Shown here: positions 20,427 through 29,091 of the stretch, one piece after another | How positions within the stretch are numbered: the stretch's first letter is position 1 | Layout of the letters: every line of letters starts with the position of its first letter | Origin: a virus | Lineage: Duplodnaviria > Caudoviricetes | Reading direction: 5' to 3' (one strand) | Virus record (IMG/VR): IMGVR_UViG_3300013947_000035 | Coordinates: 1-64,000 of that record | DNA: 64,000 nucleotides | The notes under the pieces: model-generated | The model's input: only the letters and a program-made list of their open reading frames with translations | The model's database searches: none | Told to the model about the DNA's origin: nothing | Program-made: the position numbers and the translations under genes

Positions 20427-20810
20427 TTACGCCTCCTTTGCGGTAATATTTACTGTCGCTACCCAACACACACTTCTAAACATAGCGTCGAGGTTGAGGC
20501 GGGGCTTGTTGATGTTCTTACGCACCCATTCGTACCATACCGATTTCGGCGTTTCGGTGTGCATTCTATAAAGCTTCGAGTCAAAGAATTCGTCGAGGTC
20601 TTCAAGATTGCGCTTCAATTCGCCAATCTTGCGCCCGCTACGATTTGTCTTTTTAAGCTCTTTTGCGAGGTCGTAAGAAAAGTTGTAAAGGTCTTTGACG
20701 GATTGCATTAGAATTGCGCCGTAAAGCGTCTCAGCGGCTTTGTCGTCTACGATATAGCTGCCGAAGCTTTGGTCGTCTTGTTCGATTGCTTGCGTTGTGA
20801 TGTCTTTCAT
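20427..20810 (-). CDS. early cassette hypothetical protein
   Basis: AAGGAG RBS, own promoter. Confidence 0.8.
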   Translation of the reverse strand: MKDITTQAIEQDDQSFGSYIVDDKAAETLYGAILMQSVKDLYNFSYDLAKELKKTNRSGRKIGELKRNLEDLDEFFDSKLYRMHTETPKSVWYEWVRKNINKPRLNLDAMFRSVCWVATVNITAKEA

Positions 20811-20996
20811 AAGTTATATCTCCTTCCGATTTCGGGCTTCGTTCGTTCCCTTATCTTCCCCTCCATTGTAATACCATACAAAATAATTGTCAAGCGATTT
20901 TTACAAAGTTTTTTTGCGATTTTGAAAATTTCTTTTTCGGCGGCGGGACAGTGATATTAATAGCACGGTGGCAGGATGAAAAGAAAAGCGGATGGC

Positions 20997-21389
20997 TTAT
21001 ACCTCCGCTTTCTCGTCTTCGTCTTCCTCGTCGTCAAGGATTTCTCTTATTTCGCTTCTTCCGAAGTCCTCGTCGTATTCAACTGCGTATTCGGCGATTT
21101 CACAAGCGAACCATCCGTCTGCATTGTCGGGGAAGTCGCTCGATACGACGTTGCCGTAACCATTGAACCAGAACCACATATGGTACGGATTGTAGTCACC
21201 GAACGCAACCATATTCGCAATTTCGCTGGGCGTTTTCCCCGTCATAAGTTCGTCGAAGTCGTCTGTTGAATAGATATATTTCTCACCATTCACACTCTCT
21301 TGATATGCGTTGTTGACGTCTACGAGTTCGTTGTCGCTGAGTTCGTCGAGGATTGCTTCAATTGCTTTCATTTTTGTTTCTTGTGTCAT
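20997..21389 (-). CDS. highly acidic early protein (DNA-mimic candidate)
   Basis: D/E-rich, WFNGYGN motif, acidic tail. Confidence 0.8.
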   Translation of the reverse strand: MTQETKMKAIEAILDELSDNELVDVNNAYQESVNGEKYIYSTDDFDELMTGKTPSEIANMVAFGDYNPYHMWFWFNGYGNVVSSDFPDNADGWFACEIAEYAVEYDEDFGRSEIREILDDEEDEDEKAEV

Positions 21390-21561
21390 AATAATAACTC
21401 CTTTTGTTTCGGTTGCTGTTTCTCAACCTCTTTACACTTAGGATTATATCACCATAGCAAACCGTTGTCAAGGGGTTTAGTAAAAATATTTTAGATTTTT
21501 TGAAAATTATTCCGAAGCCACTAAACGCGATTTAAGCACGGTTACGGTTAAATTCGATAAC

Positions 21562-22011
21562 TTATTCGGAATCGATGCCAAAACCGCCTTGCTGTCGCTT
21601 ACATTCGTTTCCCGAGTATGTTCCGATGATTGACAAGAACTCTTTCGTATAATTCGCTACGATTGTCTTCACTGCGTCTCTGTAAATTTCTTCAAGGTCA
21701 AGCATATTGCAAGAATGAGCAAGGTAAACGCAAATCATATTCCAAATCACCGCACCCGTAAACAGCACACCAAAAAAAACAGCGAATACGATTCCGCCAA
21801 TGCGTTCGCCTTTGATAAAAAACAATGCCGATATACCTGCGACTACAAGCATAAACACGAGCCACTCTATCCAAACTCTAACGATGACTTTTCTACGTTG
21901 CTTTTTCATACCGTGCTGGATTATGTCGTATTTGATTGCAGCTGCCGCCAATTCGTCTTTGAACTTCTGCGTTGCGATTCTGCATAAAATATCTTTTGCT
22001 GTCGTTTCCAT
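21562..22011 (-). CDS. two-TM membrane protein, near-leaderless
   Basis: two hydrophobic helices; ATG 9 nt after TATAAT, no SD. Confidence 0.7.
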   Translation of the reverse strand: METTAKDILCRIATQKFKDELAAAAIKYDIIQHGMKKQRRKVIVRVWIEWLVFMLVVAGISALFFIKGERIGGIVFAVFFGVLFTGAVIWNMICVYLAHSCNMLDLEEIYRDAVKTIVANYTKEFLSIIGTYSGNECKRQQGGFGIDSE

Positions 22012-22116
22012 AGTGCTGATATTATACCACAAAGCCGCCGCCTTGTAAATAGGGTTAGCACGGTAACTTATATAAAAAAAGAACGGCTCGTCGCCGTTCT
22101 CGTTTTTTTGTTGTTA

Positions 22117-22365
22117 TTATTCAAGCGATATTGTTCTGATTTCGATTTCAATGGTTTCGTCATTGAATCCTTCTTCTGCCGTCCAATAAAAATACCTGTC
22201 GTTATTGTCTTCGATAACGCCGCTGTTGCCGCAACCATAATCGTTGATATACGTCTTTTTCATCGTTTCAAAAAACGCTTTCGCTTTCTCTTCCGTCGTA
22301 AATGCGTTTATGGTTGTGTTGCTTGTTCCGTCCGTTTCTGTTATCACTATGGCGTAAATGTCCAT
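22117..22365 (-). CDS. early cassette hypothetical protein
   Basis: AAAAGGAG RBS. Confidence 0.8.
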   Translation of the reverse strand: MDIYAIVITETDGTSNTTINAFTTEEKAKAFFETMKKTYINDYGCGNSGVIEDNNDRYFYWTAEEGFNDETIEIEIRTISLE

Positions 22366-22541
22366 TGTTATTTCTCCTTTTGTTTCGGGGACTCTTGTTC
22401 CCCTTTGAACAATTATATATTACCATAATATCAAATCATTGTCAAGCATATTTTGAAAATATTTTAGAATTTCTCAAAAACTTTTTGCCGCTCTCGATTC
22501 ATAGCACGGCTGATAGGCAAAAAGAAAAGCGGCGACTTTCG

Positions 22542-23066
22542 TCAACCGCCTATCGATATGAGATTGTCAAGCCAAACGGTGATAAGTGTCGGCGCACCCG
22601 ATTTCGATTGCTTGCCAACCACTTTCTCGATGTCGTCTTTGTTGGTGAACTCCGCACCATTCACAAACCATTTCGATTTCGTCTTCGTTGCCGTTTTGCT
22701 GTTGAACAACTTCACCTTGTACTTAATCTCGCCCTCTTTCTCGTTCTTGATAAGCAAGTTTTCGTAACCGCTCAATGGTGTGTCATATGCGCTCGTTCTC
22801 GATGGTGTGTCCTTATCCGCCGCCACAACTCTTGTGAGATAGTCCGATGTGTGTCTATAATCGATTCCAAGCCTTGCCACGCACTCGCTATACTTCTCAA
22901 CCATTGTTGCCCCGTTCTCTTTCTCGTATCCTTTCAAAGCCCTTTTCTCGCTCTTGTACGCAACCTTAACATATGCGCCTTTCTTGATTTCGTTGCTATC
23001 AAACATCGATTTAATGGTGTTCAATCTCTCGTCTGCGGTCATTCCGTCAAAAACAACTTTTTTCAT
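22542..23066 (-). CDS. early cassette basic protein
   Basis: AAGAGGT RBS. Confidence 0.8.
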   Translation of the reverse strand: MKKVVFDGMTADERLNTIKSMFDSNEIKKGAYVKVAYKSEKRALKGYEKENGATMVEKYSECVARLGIDYRHTSDYLTRVVAADKDTPSRTSAYDTPLSGYENLLIKNEKEGEIKYKVKLFNSKTATKTKSKWFVNGAEFTNKDDIEKVVGKQSKSGAPTLITVWLDNLISIGG

Positions 23067-23268
23067 AATCATACCTCTTTTGTTTTATTCCGTTGTCGGT
23101 CTTTCAACCTCTAACACTTACGATTATAATACCATAACAAATAAATGTCAAGCATATTTCGCAATTATTTTAGACAATTTCATTTTTACCCCTACTGATG
23201 GGTAAAATCGATTCATAGCACGGCTACTATTATAAAAAGAAGAACGGCTTGCTACCGTTCCTCTTATA

Positions 23269-23595
23269 TCAATCTGTTGTTCTCAAATAGTATTTTATAT
23301 CTTCGCCTTTGAGATTGTTCATACACCATTCGTCAATGCGTTCCCATAGTTCGTTATAAACTCTTGCCAGTTTTTCGTTTCTTTCGTAGTGTTCCCAAAT
23401 CTTCCAGTTCGTTGCCATTGACAATTCGGTCACATACACAACATTGTCTTTCCAGCTCTCGAACGCTCTCTCGAACGTTTCTTTTACCGCTTCGATACCA
23501 AATCTTTCCGCTATCGAAAAGTCCATATAAAAAGTCGTTTGCGGTTTGTAGCCTGTCATTTCTTCGATGTTCCAGTTCTTAAAAGCTTGTAGCAT
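23269..23595 (-). CDS. conserved phage hypothetical protein
   Basis: TTFYMDFSIAERFG...NWKIWEHY; AAAGGAG RBS. Confidence 0.85.
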   Translation of the reverse strand: MLQAFKNWNIEEMTGYKPQTTFYMDFSIAERFGIEAVKETFERAFESWKDNVVYVTELSMATNWKIWEHYERNEKLARVYNELWERIDEWCMNNLKGEDIKYYLRTTD

Positions 23596-23759
23596 AATTT
23601 TAACTCCTTTCGTTTCGAGGTTCTTATGTCCTCTTTGATTGTTTTTATTATAACATAGTATCAAGTCGTTGTCAATAGATTTTGATAAAATATTTTTACA
23701 ATTTCATTTTTGTGTCCTGCCGATACAAGCACGGTTGCCGCCACTGTATCCGCCGCCGA

Positions 23760-23900
23760 ACAAAGAAAGAGGACGGTCACCTTTCGATGCCGTCCTGCCT
23801 TTCGTTGACTTGTTGATTCCAGCGGTCTGACTCGCTGCGGATGGGTGTCAACTGTCCTCGCCTGTCCATTGAGTCGTAACAATTTCTTTCTTTTTCCCTT
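23760..23900 (-). ncRNA. candidate sRNA (ORF-less cassette)
   Basis: TTGACA promoter at about 23941-23912, GTTGAC/GTCAAC and CAGCG/CGCTG stems, terminator AGGACGG/CCGTCCT plus U-tract. Confidence 0.45.
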
Positions 23901-24007
23901 TGCTACGTCTATATATTATCACAACAACCAACCATTGTCAAGCGGATTAACAAAGTTTTTAATTTATTTTAATTCTTTTTAATTCGTTTTAATTTTTGGC
24001 TCGTTTT

Positions 24008-24855
24008 TAAGAAAATACTCTCTTTTGAATCTCACAAAAGAACCAAAAGAACAATAGAAAGAAAACGTGTACGTAGTACACGCAAAAGAAAGAACATAAG
24101 AAAAGGTACAAATAACCATATTGACAAACGCTAAACGCTATCGACAAATGATTGATATGCCCTGCGCTGAATCCGTTCTCATACCCACTTACACTATATA
24201 TAAGTAATATCTACTACTATGCACGGTTTCACAAAATCTCTATCCGCAAGAAAAGGTGCCCCAAAAGAATCAAAAGAACAATAGAAAGAAAAAGGTATAC
24301 GTAGTATACCTACAAAGAAAGAACATAAGAAAAGTTATGAAACATTTTTTCAAAAGGCAAAGTTATATACTACGTATATAAAAGCAAAATTTCCAAAACA
24401 TCTTCCGAGTTCTTTTTTTGATTATTAATTGAAAAAAGTAAATATTATATACTACGTATATATTATTTACATTTTTCAGTTAATTTCGGCACGTTTTGTA
24501 AACTGTCCGCGCGTAAAGGAGCTTCTTTTTTTTATCTTCCCTCACGATTTTTCTTCCTTGCGCGTAGATAATTTATAAAAACACTAAAAATTAACTGAAA
24601 AATGTAAATAATATATACGTAGTATATAATATTTACTTTTTTCAATTAATAACCGAAAAAAATTCTCGGAAGATGTCGGTTTTATCAAATCCTTTATATA
24701 CAAAGTATATAATCCGAAAATCTGTCAAGTAGGTTTAGCACTCTTCTTATGTTCTTTCTTTTGAGGACGATACATAGTATCGTCCTTTTTCTTTCTATTG
24801 TTCTTCTGCTTCTTTTGTTGTTATCTTTTCTTGCAACAGTCTTTTTGTGAAACAT
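24008..24855. repeat. nested-palindrome element B
   Basis: ~88-bp inverted arms 24398-24486 / 24588-24676 plus outer purine/pyrimidine arms carrying triloop hairpins. Confidence 0.9.
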
Positions 24856-24932
24856 TGCACGGCTGCCTCAAAACATAAAAAACGACGACGGATTCATTCC
24901 CGTCGCCGCTTCCGATTCTTGCTTGTGTTTGA

Positions 24933-25361
24933 TTAGTATTCAAGCAAATCTTCTAACTCGTATTCGAACCAATGCGCTATTGTCGCCATTGCAAACTCGA
25001 ACTGCCATTGCGCCAACCTTATCTTGTTAAATGCGCCGTAACACAATGGGTCATTCTTGTCCATTCCGTCAATGTCCATAGGATTGATTCCGCCGTCGTC
25101 TGCGAGGTTATCGTTAATTTCAAGACGATGCTTCTCAAAGTAGTCGATTGCGAACTTGATGTCACCATACATTTCTGTTCTGACTTTTTTACCATTCGCA
25201 CTATCGACAATGAGTTGTGTCAAATCGTCAAGGTTGTGTTCGATTGCCTCATTGTTCAAATACAAAACTGCTTCCGATACTGCATCGTCGCACAAAATGG
25301 AATCGTAACCATTGCCGTTTGCTGTTGCGTTAAGTTGTTCTCTGCTGATTTTTTTCGCCAT
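24933..25361 (-). CDS. acidic early protein (Ocr-like DNA-mimic candidate)
   Basis: D/E-rich; YFEKH..EI...DPL....N...LA.W.FE pattern. Confidence 0.75.
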   Translation of the reverse strand: MAKKISREQLNATANGNGYDSILCDDAVSEAVLYLNNEAIEHNLDDLTQLIVDSANGKKVRTEMYGDIKFAIDYFEKHRLEINDNLADDGGINPMDIDGMDKNDPLCYGAFNKIRLAQWQFEFAMATIAHWFEYELEDLLEY

Positions 25362-25515
25362 ATGGCATTTCCTCTGCGTTCGTGGGCTTCATTCGTTCCC
25401 TTTGAACAATTCTATATTATCACCATATCAAATAATTGTCAACTACTTTTTTGTCATTTTCGTAAACTTTTTTCAAAATATTGTATTTCGGCGGCGGCTA
25501 TGGTAAAATACTCGT

Positions 25516-26286
25516 ATGAAAAAGCAAACTTACACCCCAACCAAAGCAACCACACAACTGATGGCGACCATAGCAAAAGGCGTAAACGAGAACCGCCGCC
25601 TGTCCGATATTGACGATGCGATACGCACGGTCGTGAACTCGTATACGGGATTGAATCGTCGCGAACGCTCTCGTCTGATGCATAATGCGTTCGATATGGC
25701 TCGTCGCGTTAAGGCTAACGGCATTGACGAACTCGCTTCCCGAACTGCTTACGACTCGTTTATGGCTACTTCTCGAAAGGTTATGGCTACGGCTGACACT
25801 CGGAATAAAATGGTTACGCTCTCGTCCGATATTGCTGACTTCGAAAACGAAAGAGGCTATGAACCGATATTCTTTGCTTGCTCGTATCATTCGAACTGCT
25901 CTTGCGGTCACGACGATTATCAAGGCAAAATCTACGTCGATAGGTTTTGGCGTACAAAAGTCAATGGCACGGATTATTATCGCGTACTCTCGTATATCAA
26001 GAATCGCAATATCAAAACCGTTCAATCCGTCGTCAAGTCGCCGATATGGCTGACGACTCGTCCATACTGCCGCCATTACTTCGTCCCTGTTTCGACTGCT
26101 GATGTTCTCGGCTCGTCTCCGAAAAAGATACTCCACGACTACAACGCTTACCATTACACACCCGACTACTACACCAACGATGAATACTTCCGCATTCGTT
26201 CTGATGTGTATACTGAACTGAACCGACTCGTTCCTGCACCTGAATTCAAGACGATGATAGAACGCAGTCGCCGCCGCAGACATTAA
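25516..26286 (+). CDS. minor capsid / head morphogenesis protein (MuF/gp7-like), leaderless
   Basis: CSYHSNCSCGHDDYQGKIY...TRPYCRHYF; ATG 6 nt after TAAAAT. Confidence 0.75.
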   Translation: MKKQTYTPTKATTQLMATIAKGVNENRRLSDIDDAIRTVVNSYTGLNRRERSRLMHNAFDMARRVKANGIDELASRTAYDSFMATSRKVMATADTRNKMVTLSSDIADFENERGYEPIFFACSYHSNCSCGHDDYQGKIYVDRFWRTKVNGTDYYRVLSYIKNRNIKTVQSVVKSPIWLTTRPYCRHYFVPVSTADVLGSSPKKILHDYNAYHYTPDYYTNDEYFRIRSDVYTELNRLVPAPEFKTMIERSRRRRH

Positions 26287-26339
26287 GCACGGCTGACGAC
26301 GTAAAAGAAAAGCGACGGATTTGCTGCCGTCGCTCTTTT

Positions 26340-26591
26340 TTATTCCTCATCATCCTCCTCGTCTTCGTCCTCGTTGCCGATTCCCAACCATTCGTAAACA
26401 GTTTCGGAATCGAACCTTAGTAAGTCGTTCAACTCTGTTTCGGTGATTCCGTCGGGATACATTTCTTCGAGAATGTTTTCGAGTTGTTCCCAACCGTCTT
26501 CGCCCTTTTCTTCCCAAATACGATTTGCCGTATCGACTGCGCCGCTCCAAAACTTAAAATTCGCCAAACTTGTTTCGCTGATAATTTTCAT
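26340..26591 (-). CDS. small highly acidic early protein
   Basis: FWSGA...YPDGITETELNDLL...EWLG, poly-acidic tail. Confidence 0.8.
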   Translation of the reverse strand: MKIISETSLANFKFWSGAVDTANRIWEEKGEDGWEQLENILEEMYPDGITETELNDLLRFDSETVYEWLGIGNEDEDEEDDEE

Positions 26592-26889
26592 AATGATTTT
26601 CTCCTTTCGTTTCGGGACTCTTTCGTTCCCTTTGAACGATTATATATTATCATAATACCAAACCGTTGTCAAGAGGTTTTTGAAAATATTTTAGATAATT
26701 TCATTTTTGCCCATTCAACGGGTAAAAATCACTTGTCGCTTTCGACAACGCTTTGCACGGGGCTTGTTTTCCAGCGACAAATTTTTTTTTGATGCGCGTT
26801 TCCAGCGACAAGGGTTTTGCACGGTTGCGTTTTTCAAAGACAAAAAAAATAGCGGTCGATTTTCTCAACCGCTACTTCCTATTGTTTTT

Positions 26890-27189
26890 TTATGCAAGCA
26901 ATGCAATTTGCGCTTCCGCTTTCTTCGATGTCATTATGCAACCTTTACCAAACACAACTTCGCCCGCTTTCTTTGCTTTTTCGATGTTCCCAACGAGTTC
27001 AAGAGGTACGATTCCGTAAACCTCATAATCGCCAACACCCTCAACCCAAAAGCCCATATTAGTTTTGTTGTCGTAACATCTTCCGAGTTTGCAACCCCAT
27101 TGAATTGCCCATACGTTATAAAGTCTTGAATCGATAACCATTGTGATGTCACCTTTGAAAAATCCTTTGTTACTTGTGATTGATGTCAT
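26890..27189 (-). CDS. early cassette hypothetical protein
   Basis: AAAGGAG RBS before ATG 27189. Confidence 0.75.
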   Translation of the reverse strand: MTSITSNKGFFKGDITMVIDSRLYNVWAIQWGCKLGRCYDNKTNMGFWVEGVGDYEVYGIVPLELVGNIEKAKKAGEVVFGKGCIMTSKKAEAQIALLA

Positions 27190-27484
27190 AATCGTATCTC
27201 CTTTCGCTTCGGTTGCTGATTCCCTCAACCTCTTTACATTTACAATTATATCACCATAGCAAATATTTGTAAAGCGATTTTAGCATATTAAATCAAAAAA
27301 AATAATTTTTTTTCGAGCCCGTATCTGCGCCCGATTCCGCCGACGCACTCAAAGCCGATTCCTTGCACGGTAGCCGTTGAGACGAACACTTTATCTATGC
27401 CACGCCGACACTGCCCTAATGCTCGCTACAAGCCGTTATATGCCCACACAAGCCCACAAGCGCAAGACCAAATAAGGACCGATA

Positions 27485-27561
27485 GGGGGTAGGGGTAGCA
27501 AGGGGTTTCGAGAGGGGGGGTGGGTATCATATAATGCTTCCCCGTCCCCGACCCCACCCCC
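27485..27561. other. G-tract cluster followed by C-tract cluster (G-quadruplex potential on both strands)
   Basis: five G-runs of 3-6 nt, then four C-runs of 4-5 nt. Confidence 0.6.
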
Positions 27562-27846
27562 GCGAACGGATTTGACACACAGAGGGTATGCGTCAGCGTA
27601 CTCTCTTGGATTCAGCTCACCCCGTCTCGAAAATTTTGCAGGTCGGGAATGAGAACGAATTTGACCCAAAGGCGCAAGTGCAACGAAGCGGGAAAATATA
27701 CAAAAATGGGGCATAAATATACACGAAGCCAAAAAAGTTTGAAAAAAGTATTGCGTTTTTGAGATTAGTGTGTTAGGATTGAGGGTAGACAGGACCGAAG
27801 TCGTAAAAATCGGGTATAACTCTAAATTTTAACGAGGTGTAGCAGA

Positions 27847-28605
27847 ATGAACGAAGAAGAAAAGAAGAGACTGAGTGACACTGAAGTCGATAGTGGCGAG
27901 AACGCGAATGGCGCGGAATCGTCAGTAGCGAGTTCAGAAGTTGCGAACGGACAACCCGAACCGCAAGCAGAAACGGAAACGGAACCCACAACGGAACCCG
28001 AAGCGGAAGCGGCGTCAGTCTCAGATGATAGCGTTGACGGAAGCGAGAACGGACAACCCGAACCCGAACAGGAACAGCAACCGACGGAAAAGATGCTTAC
28101 TCAGAGCCAAGTGAACGAACTTGTAGGCAGGGCGAGGCAAGAGGGGAGAGAGAGTGCCTTGAAAGAGCTATATGGACGTTATGGTGTAAGCGACGATACG
28201 GAGTTGAATGACGTGTTTGGACGTGGACAAGCGTATATGTCTTTGGATGACGATTACAAAGTACAGCAAAGCAGCAACAAAGCGTTGTTGGCAGAGAATG
28301 CGTTATTGAAGACGAAAGTCGACGAGAGCAGGTGGGAAGATATAAAAGCAATCCTCGGCAGCAAGAATTTGGACATCACGCCTGAGAACATTGAAGCTGA
28401 AATCCCGACGCACCCCGAATGGCGACAAGGCAATAGTGTCAATGTGGTGCAAGATTCACAACAGCAAGCAGTACCGCAACAGCAGCAACAGCAACAGCAA
28501 GCGGTATTGAGAAAGCTTGGAAGCGAATCGACGACAAACGGCGACGGTAGCGAAGAAGAGGAAGAACAAGAACGAGCATTTAGATTGTTCGGCTTTAATA
28601 AATAA
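27847..28605 (+). CDS. capsid scaffolding protein
   Basis: acidic disordered N-terminus, LTQSQVNELVGRARQEG, coiled coil; upstream of capsid gene. Confidence 0.8.
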   Translation: MNEEEKKRLSDTEVDSGENANGAESSVASSEVANGQPEPQAETETEPTTEPEAEAASVSDDSVDGSENGQPEPEQEQQPTEKMLTQSQVNELVGRARQEGRESALKELYGRYGVSDDTELNDVFGRGQAYMSLDDDYKVQQSSNKALLAENALLKTKVDESRWEDIKAILGSKNLDITPENIEAEIPTHPEWRQGNSVNVVQDSQQQAVPQQQQQQQQAVLRKLGSESTTNGDGSEEEEEQERAFRLFGFNK

Positions 28606-28627
28606 GAGAAGAAGGAGAAAGCGAATT

Positions 28628-28990
28628 ATGACTCTTGAAGAAGCGAAAGCGGCTATCGAGGATTTGAAAGCTCAAGGCGAAACCGAAGACGATATACTCA
28701 AAGTTTTGTATCTTATGTTCACAAAAGGTGAATATGATGTCGAGACATTGAGAGCGCTTATCGGCATTTTGGGCTACGAGTTCACAGACGAATTCGAGGC
28801 TATGTCGGACGACGACAAGAAGACGAAAGGCTGGGAAAAAGACGATAAGCCCGCAGAAGGCGTTGACAAAGAAGACGTTGAAAAGGCGAAAGAGTTCGGT
28901 GACGACAAAGGCGAAACGGCTGACTCGAATCCGAAGCTGTCCGAAGACGACGAAAGAGAAAAAGCAAAGAAATTGTTCGGACTTGCATAA
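28628..28990 (+). CDS. acidic head-associated protein
   Basis: AAGGAG RBS; ends EKAKKLFGLA. Confidence 0.75.
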   Translation: MTLEEAKAAIEDLKAQGETEDDILKVLYLMFTKGEYDVETLRALIGILGYEFTDEFEAMSDDDKKTKGWEKDDKPAEGVDKEDVEKAKEFGDDKGETADSNPKLSEDDEREKAKKLFGLA

Positions 28991-29091
28991 GCCCGATAAA
29001 AGATAAAGGGAAAATACGGCACATAGAAGACGCAGACCTCGTGACAAGATAAAATCAATATAAAATAAAATAAAAAAACGAGGTAAACTTT

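Larger units (their letters stand above)
16600..27400 (-). promoter_or_regulatory. array of ~16 stand-alone promoter-gene-terminator cassettes
   Basis: each minus-strand gene is preceded by TTGACA/TTTACA-N17-TATAAT and followed by a GC hairpin plus U-tract. Confidence 0.9.
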
